NCBI GenBank assembly: GCA_038087875.1
Contig: CM075978.1
Coordinates: 100,564,001 to 100,628,000, forward strand
DNA length: 64,000 nt
Direction: 5' to 3'
From: Malacoraja senta
Taxonomy: Eukaryota
Made by a program: the position numbers and the translations under genes. Positions 25,301 through 37,300 of the stretch are shown here, in pieces. Position 1 is the first letter of the stretch. Each line of letters starts with the position of its first letter. The notes beneath the pieces were generated by a model, which did not search any database, was not told the DNA's origin, and worked only from the letters and a program-made list of their open reading frames with translations.

Positions 25301-28300
25301 AACCTGTCCCATGCTTCAATCCTGTTTTTAACTAACGTCTCAATTTCCCTCGTCAGCTAAGCTTCCTTACGTTTGCCTGCTTTGCCTGTCACTCCACTTG
25401 GCTGATGTTCCTTTTCCCTCAAATAACCTACTCCAGTCAACTTTAGCGAGACTTTCTCTCATACCCTCAAAGTTGGCCTTACCTCAGTTGAGCATTTTAA
25501 CACGTGGACCCTCTCCGTCCCTATCCATAACTATCTTAACCATAATCGAACACTGGTCCAAAAGGCTCCTCTACATGCACTTCATTAACTTGCACTTCCC
25601 ATTTTCCCAATACTAGATCCAGCTTTTCCCTCTCATGTCTGGGGGCCTCCATATGCTGCTTAAGAAAACTCTGCTGAACACTTTTGATGAATTGCACCCC
25701 GTCTAAACCCTTCACGCTATGATTTTCCCAGTCTATCTTGGGAAAGTTAAAATCCCCTACTACAACAACCTTATTTGACCTGCAGCTGTCTGCAATCTCC
25801 TGGCACATTTGTTCTTCTAATTCCCATTGACTATTTGGGGGTCTGTAGCACACCCCCAACAAGGTGACCATCCCTTTCTTGTTCCTCAGCTCCACCTATA
25901 TAGCCTCACTAGACGAACCGTCCGTAATGTCACCTCCGAACACAGCCGTGACATCATCCTTAACCAACAATGCAACCTCCGTCCTCTTTTTGCCTCAGCC
26001 CTGTCTCTCCTGAAGCTCCAGTACCCTAGAACATTGAGCTGCCAGTCCTGCCCCTCCCTTAACCAGGTTTCAGTCATGGCTACAACGTCCCAGTCACTCA
26101 TGTCCATGCCCATGTGAGACAAAATGATTGAAGTTATGAAGCATGGGGAAGGAATGTAGATGGAGGGGGAGGGGAGAAATATGTGCGAGTCCAGGTGGGG
26201 AACAGAGGAGGGGAGTGGGGAGGGGGTAAGGACGAAAGGGGGATGTGAGGGATAAAGGGAGCAGAAAGTGCTTCGTTAGATCATAAAACAGTATAGTCAG
26301 GAAGTACAGAACCGTCCCTTTGCAAAATTAAACTAACCTTCTCTACCTACATGTGAAACATATCCCAAACTAAAAGCCTCTAAAGTCTCTTAAACACCAC
26401 TATTATATTTGCCTCCACCATTATCCCTGGCATGACATCCTGACTTTTACACTCAATGCTGCTACCAATCAAGGAACATTAACAGTTACTAGAAGGTGTA
26501 GTGGTGCAACAGAAAAGAGGGTGGGGGTGAGCGAGTCCAATGGGAAATTATTTAATTAATTGTTGTCCCTGGAAGGTTATAATGTTGAAGGATGGGGCCC
26601 TGTTCGGTGAGCACAAGATGGTGGGGTCAGATTCAGGCTAACACACTAAGGTAAAGTGTGACTGTAAGCTTGGAGTTAGGAGCCGGGGCAGAAAAGTGAT
26701 GCTCCACAAATAGCCATCAGATGTGTATTTGTCTGTCTAATTCGTTAGAAAGCATAAATAAATACATAAAAATGAATCGGTATGGGCAAGTTGGGCCGAA
26801 GGGCCTGTTTTCACGCTGTATAACTATGAAAACTACAAGATTCAATACTTTTAATGTTTTTAACATTGTAAATATTGTAAACTGAAATAAAAATGAATGC
26901 GCAAAACCCTGGCATGCTCTATATTTTCACTAACAGAGATCATTTAGTTTTGTGTAAACTGAACTTACTAGTGACAATGAGCTGGGTTCCATTCCCTCTG
27001 ATATCTCCCCACACTGTGCAGTAATAGACGGCAGAGTCATTGAGCATCACGTTTGTGACCGTCAGGATGAAGCTGCTGTTGGAGGTGTTTTTGAACGGCT
27101 GGAACCGCTCAGTGAAGCCTGGTCTCCTTCGTACGCTGCCTCCTGCCTCGTGTGTTAAAACCCACTCCATGTCCTGCCCGGGTAGTTCTCGGTACCAGTG
27201 GACGTCAGTGTTTCCCACTTCAGCGTTCTCCATGGAGCACCAGAACCGTGCCGTGTCATCCTCAGTGACACGCTCCAGCCTCGGGAATTGGAACCACATT
27301 GAGGAGGATTGAATCCACATTGAGGAGGACCTGACATGGAGCGTGAACACCTCTGCGCTGCTGAAAAAGGTCCAGCAGAGACTGTACTTCCTGAGGGTGC
27401 TCAGGAAGAACAACATCACCCAGAGACTGCTGCTATCCTTTTAATAGAGAGCATCTTAACATACTGTGTATGCGTGTGGTACACCAGCTGCACAGCGGCT
27501 AAGAGGAAAGCGCTCCAGAGGGCTATTGACAACGCCCAGAAGATTATCGGCTGCCCTCTCCTCACCTTGGAGGACCTACACAGTTTCCACTGTCTCAAAA
27601 AATCCCAGAACATCATAAAGGACATTTTCCACCCCGGTCACTCCCTGTTTGAACTGTTGCCGTCAGGCAGACGGTACAGATCAATGAGGACAAGGACAAA
27701 CAGACTCAAAAACAGTTTTTATCCCACAGCAATAACTACACTTAATGTAGCCACCAAATGAGTGCAGGTGCGCTACATACCAAAGGGATTGTGAAATCGA
27801 CAGAAGAATGTTTTTTTTCATGTTATTTATTTTAGTTGTTTATTTTAGACATTTGCTTTTAGATAATGTGTGAATGGTGCACTGACTGGTTGGCATTTTT
27901 AATTTCGTTGTACATGTTTACATGTTATAATGACAATAAAGTATTCATTCATCGGGATCGGAGGATTTGCATCTTTAATGGGAAAATACGTCTTCTTAAA
28001 AAATAAAACTCAGCACAACCATGCATAAAGAGTGCACAGAATCTAACACTAAATTTATAGAATTGTTTTAGTCATTCTATGGGGTGGGAGATTGCAACCT
28101 TCACATGGTCCACCCTGTTTCGACTAATGCAATCAACCCGACGTGCACAAACAAATAGATGTAGTGTTTTGTTAGGCTGTGCATGGTGTACGCAAGAAGA
28201 AGTCATTCTATAGCATGCAATATGGAATCCTTTTGATTCGGGCTATAGATGTGTACAGCACAGGAATGGGCTCTTGTGATACTTAAAACCAGAACAATGT

Positions 28301-31300
28301 TACTGAGTTCAGTGATCCTGCAATATTATATAACCTGTGCATGGGGCCTAACAAAGTTCTGACTGGGTTTGTGGAGGGGTTTGCTCGTGCTACTCTAGAG
28401 AGTTTAAACTAATGAGACATGGGGTTGGGACCTAGAATGAAAGAGGACTCATATGTAGAAAATAGAACAGGCAAGTCCAGTGGAAGCATTGGCAGAGATG
28501 GGAGGGGGAGCATGAGAGGACAGGTAGGTTTAACTGCATTTACTTTAAAGCAAGAAGCACAGCAAGTGAGACGGATGAGTTGAGAGTGTAGATCAGCACA
28601 CAGGGGAAGCGTGGATGAGGGAAGAGCTGTAATCTATTATTAATCTATTATTAAGTAAGTGGGGAATTTGGAATATATCAGGACAGGGTGGAGTCAAAAG
28701 GTTTTTGTAAAGGAAATCATATTCAACAAATCAGCTGATTTTTTGAGATTGTAGTTAGCAGCATAGATAAGGGAAAACTAGCTGATGTGGATTTGGACTT
28801 TCAGAAGGCATTTGACAAGCAACAAAGGTGCAGATAAAAAAAAACTCTCACACATACCTGTCTTTCCACTCGCTATTCAGTACACACCCCTAGCCCCTCT
28901 GGGTTCCTATATCTGCCACATCTCCTCCCCATCCCCCTTCCGGTTACGATCTACCTCACCATCCGCCCTCGGGTTCCACATTTTATTCCACACCTTATCA
29001 GATATAGCCCATCTGGCTTGTCCTGCTCTTTATACTTGTCTGTGCCCCTTGCAGCCTCTCACATGTTGCATCGCCTACCAACTAACCTGGATATGTTATA
29101 CTTGGTCTCCTCATCCTCAATTGTGAACAGTGAGGGTCCCAGCACCAAACCCTTCACCACCTTTCACTAGTCACAGCCTCTCAGCTTGAATACCTACCTG
29201 CTGTTCATTCCAGTTACTCCAGGAGATTCTAACATACTTTGCTCGTTACAAACATCTAACAACGTGAGCTTTAACAGATTTCTCACCCATGATGTCCATT
29301 TCATACATCCACGTTGACTGTTCTTATACCTACCCTATTCTTCTGCCTTTGTGTCGGATTCTTATCTTTCCTTTACTGCCGATGGTGCAACGAGTTATCT
29401 ACTTCACTGGAACATGGACATTATATTGAGGGGGAATTTCAACCGTGCTTCACACTATTTAACATGGATTAGGGGCCCGCATCAACACAATGAAGATGAG
29501 CAAAGACTCAGATCCAGACAACAATGAACTGTCAGCCTGAGGGAGGGCATGAACACAGGTGATCAACGTGTAACCTGTTTCTTCTCAGTCATTCCCAGAG
29601 CCCTGGCCTTGGCTCCAGTGACTACATTGTTGTTGTTGCCTCTGCTCTGTGAGTGGGACAAGTATCAGTTTCCTGATTGAATACAAGCCTGAAGGGTCAT
29701 CGGTTGGCGGGACTGGGAACCCGTCAAAAGGCTCATCGGTTGGCATGACCGGGAGAGAGCAGGAGACGTCAGACACAAGGAGCAAGGGCCGGTGCGAGGT
29801 TGAACCAGGGAAATGTCTCCAGCGCCTCCAGGTAGTCTGCAGGAGGCACCCCCGGGACACAAAGATGTCCGGGCGAGGAGAGGAGTGGGACGTTGGTTCA
29901 TGGGAACAACTCCAGTACATCGAGCTGTGGGCTGACCGGACGTTGCACTTTGAATGAAGGCGCCAAAACATGGTGGCACACGCATGTGTAATATGCAAAA
30001 AGAATTTCACTGCACAGTTGCACATGTGACAAATAAAGAACTATTGAACCATTGAACCATTGCAATAAGGAGGCAACATTAGTTCATCTAAAGCCATGAC
30101 AAGTTGTCGTTCTGCTCTCCTGTACCTTAACTCAAACAGCTGTGAGCAGTGCCCTGCTATTACACTGAGCACTGAACAATGTTTCTAGTTTTCTCTACAA
30201 TGAAGAACACACTGCACATTGAAATTTATTTCCCACAACCCAGAACTCACATACAGATCAGTTACCATATCAGTGCACACACCATTAGTGAGGGGCCACA
30301 ATGTCTTGATCTCCAGCATCAGGGCTCCAGTATGATCTCATTACTCTCTCAATACTCCCGGTACATGTGCCAATTCAAGGGAAGTGAATTACACCCAATA
30401 TAGTTACACATAGGTGAATAAAACCAACTTAATTTGTACTCACTGGTTACATTGAGCTGGGTTCCATTCCCTCTGATATCTCCCCACACTGTGCAGTAAT
30501 AGACGGCAGAGTCATTGAGCATCACGTTTGTGACCGTCAGGATAAAGCTGCTGTTGGAGGCGTCTTTGAACGGCTGGAACCGCTCAGTGAAGCCTGGTCT
30601 CCTTCGTACGCTACCTCCTGCCTCATGTGTTAAAACCCACTCCATGTCCTGCCCGGGTAGTTCTCGGTACCAGTGGACGTCAGTGTTTCCAACTTCAGCG
30701 TTCTCCATGGAACACCATAACCGTGCCATGTGACCCTCAGTGACACGCTCCAGCCTCGGCAATTGGATCAGGATCGGAGGATTTGCAACTTGAAAAGGAA
30801 AATATCAACAGATGAACACTAATGTTGGGGTTGGTAAATACTTTATGTGTTTCAACTTCAAATACATTCATCCTTTGACATTAGATAACCTCATGTAAAA
30901 GTGATGCTAACTTGGTTAGCATCTGATATTAAAATCATGATTGCAGCTGATTGCAACTTTCTCCCTGTTCACGATTATCTTTCACTCACCATTTCTCTTT
31001 CAATTCAATTTTTCAATTCAATTTAAAACTTTATTGGCATGATAAAAAATACATTGTTATATTGCCAAAGTATAAAACATGACATACATATTTAAAATGC
31101 ATAAGTATAAATACAAGTATACAGTGCATAGATAGATATGTCCCTGTACATAAACTCGCAAGAGGCCTATAGCCCTTTATTGATTGCTACACGTTCTTGC
31201 AGCTGTAAGCAGTACAACAGGATAGCAAGTTTAGCAATTCAATATTAATTTCTTAGTGTCAGTTAATGTCAATTAGTGTGTGCGTACATATGTGCATATT

Positions 31301-34300
31301 GGTCATTCACCGTCTCTCAGGTTATGGCATGCTGTTACGTATTGTGCACCAAGATGTGCCGTATTTCCTTCACCAAGTATTATTCTTAGTTTTGATGTAT
31401 CATCTAGTTCTTTAAAATCAGGGGTTGCCTGACTGAGTTTGTCAAAGTATGTTTTCCTTGTTTTGTCAAATTTTTTGCATTTTAGGAGGAAGTACACCTC
31501 TGTTTCAACCTCATCTGTCAAACAGTGGCTGCATATTCTGTTTTCTCTTGGTTGCCAGAATCTCTTCTGTCTTCCTTTTTCGACTGCCAAATAGTGGTCA
31601 CATAGCCTGTATTTGGTGAGGGTCTGTCTCTGTTTTATGTCTCTAACAGTTGAGAGATATTCTGCCAATTTATAATCTATTNNNNNNNNNNNNNNNNNNN
31701 NNNNNNNNNNNNNNNNNNNNNNNNNNNNNNNNNNNNNNNNNNNNNNNNNNNNNNNNNNNNNNNNNNNNNNNNNNNNNNNNNNNNNNNNNNNNNNNNNNNN
31801 NNNNNNNNNNNNNNNNNNNNNNNNNNNNNNNNNNNNNNNNNNNNNNNNNNNNNNNNNNNNNNNNNNNNNNNNNNNNNNNNNNNNNNNNNNNNNNNNNNNN
31901 NNNNNNNNNNNNNNNNNNNNNNNNNNNNNNNNNNNNNTTGCCTCTCAATGGGGATTTCATTTTTTCATTTAGCTTTGTTTAATCATGTATTTAGTACTTT
32001 GTTGCACTCAACACAGATAAGCATCTCTGTATATTGGAGGAACAAGAGGGTATGGAAATAGTAGAGATAGATCATTGAGGTGGTAATGTTTAGTTTACTT
32101 TAGTGTAGAGATCCAGCATGGAAACAGGTCCTTCAGTCCACTGAGCCCATGCTGACCATCGAGTTATTGATCTCAGTGTGGCAGATGGTGCAACTAATAG
32201 TGACTGTGCATAAACTGTGAATGGCTCGATTTGTAATCATGCATTGTCTTTCCGCTGACTGGTTAGCAGGCAACAAAAGCTTTTCACTGTACCTCGGTAG
32301 ATGTGACAATAAAGTAAACTCAAGCAAAGTGATTATAAATGAAGGAACTAACCTACCTATACTGTAATTTCTTTACATTCATCTGTTCACACTATGTATA
32401 CGTCTCTGGCAATGCCGAATTACATTCTCCATCCTGATCTCAGAACACAGTGACGAGTGATCTGCATTATTCAGTTAACAAATAATTTTGGCCTATTTTC
32501 ATTCTCCATTTTGCAGTGTGAACTTCTAATGATGTCTGTCTCTGTAAAACTGACAACATGACATCATGATTCCTCGTGATGTTAGGATTGGAAATAGAAC
32601 CAATTTAAATACTCACTGGTTACATTCAGCTGGGTTCCATTTCCAAATAATATCCCCCAAATGCCACAGATGTAATCAGCAGAGTTGGCAATCACCACCT
32701 CTCTGATGGTCAGTGAGTAGCTGTTACTGGCGTCGTCCCTGGAAAGCTGAAATCGATCGGAGAAGCCCAATGACCTGTAAGTGCCGCCATTCACATAAAG
32801 ACTAAGTATTTGTCTTCCATTACGTGAGTTGTACCAGTGAACGGTGGTTATTTTCACATTGTGATTCACATTGCTGCTGTTCAGGACACACCGTATCTCC
32901 ACTGTTTCACCTTCACGCACCACCAGAGCTCCTGGGGATTGGATCAGGGATATGTTTGCCTTTAGACCTGTGGGTAATAACAACCAAAGATCAGAACAGA
33001 TGATAACCACAAAATTAATTTAAAACAAAAGGCAGCATGAAAGCTCTTGGATATTTATGAATGTTCTGCACATGTATCCTCAATTTGTAAACTCTTTTGT
33101 TTTCTCCTGAGCTTCGCTCTTTCATTCTGCACTGAAATGACAAACAATACCTTTGGTAAAAGCAACAGCTCAAAAGTACAAACACTGAATGTCAAAGGTT
33201 AAATCCTGCTCCATGTAAGTGCTTGTTGACTGTGCAAAGTGTGTTAAACTGAGCAATAAATCAGGAACAAAGCTGGCAGTTCGAGTAACATTCATTTAGT
33301 ATATGTAAGATTATGTTGCAGAGTCAGATAGACTAAGGAAATTCAGCATGCTTCCAACAACTCTTACCAGTGTCTACACATGGACCACATAAAGCATCCT
33401 ATTGATTACATCACAGCCTAGTTTGACAATTACTCTACCCCACACTCCACGCTGCCTCGGGAAAGCAACCAACATAGTGAAAGACCATTCACTCCCCTGT
33501 CATTCCTACTTGTCCCCTCTCCTGTCGGGCAGAAGATACAAAACTTCACAGCATCTGGCAGCAGTTTTACGATACAATACGATAACATTTTATTCATCCC
33601 CGGAGGGAAATTGGACTGCCACAGTCACAACACACAAGGTACACAAATACTTGAAATTTAAAGTGAAAAAAAAGAAAAAGCCAAGCAACTGTTGGCTGGC
33701 TGCCGTGTGCACAGCGCCTTAACCAGAACGAACGAACATACAAAACAAACAAATGCAGAAGAGGATTCTAAAACTAGAGTGCCCCCGCACACCAGTTCCC
33801 ACTTTGTTTTCCCACCGTCCCTCACGGCAGTCCCCCCCATGCCAGGTCCCCATTGTTCTTTGCAACAGCCCTCACTTTCCTTTCCCTGGTTACCCTCTTA
33901 CCCTCCTTGGGATTTTTTAATTAATTTTGACTGTCAGTCATATTTTTTCTTGTCCCTTTCCTCTCCTAATTTCTTTTTAAAGTAGTCTTTTGCTCTCTTT
34001 ATACCCAAGTGTCTTTCCTGTTTTCATTTGCCTATGCCTGCCAAATGCTTCCCTTTACTTCATCAAATGTGGGTGCCACATTTGTGCATGAAGACTGCTG
34101 CCTCACAGAGCCAGAGACCCGGCTTCATCCCTGATCTCAGGTGCTGTCTGTGTGGCGTTTGCATGTTCTCCCTGTGTGACCACATGGGTTTCCACCGGGT
34201 GCACTGGTTTCCTCCCACATTCCAAGGACACGTGAGTTTGTAGGTTGGTTGGCCTCTGTAAATTGCCTCTATTATGTAGGGAGTGGATGAGAAGTGGGAT

Positions 34301-37300
34301 AACATAGAACTAGTGTGAACGGGTAATCGATGGTCGGCATGGGCTCCGTGTTCCAAAGTGCCTGTTTCCATGCTGTATCACTACATGACTGAACTAAACT
34401 AAACTAAATCCTCAACGCCGCTGGTCGCTTTGTGTTCCCTGATCCTACTATCCTTACTTTTCACTTCTCCAGGAACATTACCTCTGAAACTGCACAAATC
34501 TCACTATTAGAAGACTCCCACTATTTGTATGTTGTTCTACCTATAACCAAATGCTCCCAATCTACTTCCACCAGGTGCTGTCTTATTGAATTAGGCTTCC
34601 CCAATTTAGGACCTTGTCCTCCGCACCAATTTTCTCCCTTTCCATTACAGTCTTGAAACTTAAAGCAAAAGAACACCAATAAAATAACACCAATAAAATA
34701 ACACGAATAAAATAACACCAATAAAATGATCCATTGCTAAAAAGAAAAAGTTTTGGAAGAACTCAGCCTGTCAGGCATCATATGTGGACCAGTCTGGACC
34801 CCCAAATTTCAACTGTCCATTTCCCTTACCAGTGGTTCCCTGATCTGCCAAGTTCCTCCTGCATTTTGTTTATTGCTCCACATTCCAGTATCTGCCATCT
34901 CTTGTGTCTCCATGCTCCAGGGACACTGCTACCATTAGCCCAGCCTTATTGCCCAAGATTAGGTCCAGTACAGCTAATAGGACTATCTACACATTGGCTG
35001 AACTCTCCCGGGTGCACTTTACTAATTCTTCCCCATTTAAACCCTTTGCACTAATGCACTCTCAGTCAATATTGGAGAAGTATCATGCTTGACTAATCTT
35101 CTGGAATTTTTTGAAGATGTAACTAGGAAAATGGACAAGGGAGAGCCAGTGGATGTAAAGTACCTGGACTTTCAGAAAGCATTTGATAAGGTCCCACATA
35201 GTAGATTAGTGGGCAAAATTAGGGAACATGGTATTGGGGGTAGAGTGATGACATGGATAGAGAAGTGGTTGGCAGACAGGAGTAGGAATTAACGGGTCGC
35301 TTTCAGAATGGCAGGCAGTGACTAGTGGGGTACCGCAAGGGTCGGTGCTGGGACCACAGCTATTTACAATATACATCAATGATTTGGATGAATGGATTCA
35401 AAGTAACATTAGCAAATTTGCAGATGACACAAAGCTGGGTGGCAGTGTGAACTGTGAGGAGGATGCTATGAGAATGCAGGGTGACTTGGACAGGTTGGGG
35501 GAGTGGGCAGATGCATGGCAGATGAAGTTTAATGCAGATAAATGTGAGGTTATCCACTTTGGTAGCAAAAACAGGAAGGCAGGTTACTATCTAAATGGCG
35601 TCAAGTTGGGAAAAGGGGAAGTACAACGGGATCTGGGGGTCCTTGCTCATCAGTCTATGAAAGTAAGCATGCAGGTACAGCAGGTAGTGAAGAAAGCGAA
35701 TGGCATGTTGGCCTTTATAACAAGAGGAATCGAATATAGGAGCAAAGAGGTCCTAGTGAGACCACACCTGGAGTATTGTGTGCAGTTTTTGTCGCCTAAT
35801 TTGAGGAAGGACATTCTTGCTATTGAGGGAGTGCAGCATAGGTTTACAAGGTTAATTCCCGGGATAGCGGGACTGTCGTATGCTGAGAGAATGGGCTTGT
35901 ACACAATGGAGCTGGGCTTGTACACTATGGAGTTTAGAAGGATGAGAGGGGATCTCATTGAACCATATAAGATTGTTAAGGGTTTGGACACGCTAGAGGC
36001 AGGAAACATTTTCCCGATTTTGGGGGAGTCCAGAACCAGGGGCCACAGTTTAAGAATAAGCAGTAAGCCATTTAGAACGGATACGAGGAAACACTTTTTC
36101 TCAGAGTGGTGAGTCTGTGGAATTCTCTGCCTCAGAGGGCGGTGGAGGCAGGTTCTCTGGATGCTTTCAAGAGAGAGCTAGCTAAGGCTCTGAAAAATAG
36201 CGGAGTCAGGGTATATGGGGAGAAGGCAGGAACGGGGTACTGATTGGGGATGATCAGCCATGATCACATTGAATGGCGGTGCTGGCTCAAAGGGCTGAAT
36301 GGCCTACTCCTGCACCTATTGTCTATTGTCTTGTCTATTGTCTAAGTATAAATCCCCCACCATTATAAGCCTATTGCTCTTGTATTGGATGTGGACCATT
36401 GGCTTAAAGCTTGATCTGCAGTACAATTCTGCTCCATTTGGGGAAATTTGTACGGATGATGCAGTTGTAAGAAAAACAGAGTGTAACAGCAAGAACTTCC
36501 AACTTTCAACATCAGGCCCTACGACCCATGATGTCTGCGCTGAACATGCCGCCTACTTAAACTAATCTCTTCTGCCTGCACATCCCTCCATTTCCTGCAT
36601 AATTACTTGCCTATCTAAAAGGTTCTTAAATGCTACAATCGTATCCAATATCATCACTGACAGTACATTCCAGGTGCCTAAATATAGTAAAAAAACGGCT
36701 TTGTATCTTCTTAACATTTTTCTCTTCTTAAACCTAATGTTTAAGAGTGGCAAGGTGGTGCAGCGGTAGAGTTGCTGCCTTACAGAGCTTACAGCGCCTA
36801 AGACCCGGGTTTGATCCTGACTACGGATGCTGTCTGTACCGAATTTGTACGTTGTCCCCGTGACCGGGTCGGTTTTCTCCGAGATCTTTGGTTTCCTCCC
36901 ACACTCTAAAGACATATAGGTTTGTAGGTTAATTGGCTTGGTATCAATGTAAAATTGTCCCTAATGTGTGTGGATAGTGTTAATGTATATATAATCTGCT
37001 GGATCTTCTGGCAGCCTTCTTCACTGTCCACAACCCCATACATTTTTGTGTTATTTGTAAACGTACTGGCATTGGAGCTGAACCCCACTGATCTCACTCT
37101 CCTACATGTCCTTCTCCTTGTTGAATACTGATGCAAAGTACTCCTTTAGTACCTCACCTGCATCCTCTGACTCCAAGCATAAAATCTCTCATTTTGCGCT
37201 GTGTGATCCTATCTTCTCGCTAGTAACCCACTTGTTTAAATGTGTGTATTAAATGCCTTGGGATTGTTGTTAATTCTGCTTGTCAGGGGCATTTCATGTC

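Larger units (their letters stand above)
22400..26120 (-). mobile_element. Degenerate CR1 LINE (EN and RT fragments) with nested insertions
   Basis: AMTETWL, GDFNFP, YRPVSLTS and RVVGVWNKLP fragments, interrupted at 22927-23302 and 24168-25182. Confidence 0.82.

Noticed and set aside
26940-27419. ORF 26940-27419 as a standalone secreted single-exon V protein
   Set aside because: Its N-terminus is antisense LINE sequence and no promoter evidence exists; it is kept only as a possible exonisation route.
29470-29640. Possible degenerate stalk/TM exon after V-B (acceptor ccactcacag; ATTT and LLIFIVLM stretches)
   Set aside because: Stops occur in all frames, there is no similarity to the real TM exon, and no donor was identified.
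32446-32486. CACAGTG ... ACAAATAAT as an RSS downstream of V-A
   Set aside because: The spacer is 25 nt, the nonamer is 6/9, and no J-like segment adjoins it.
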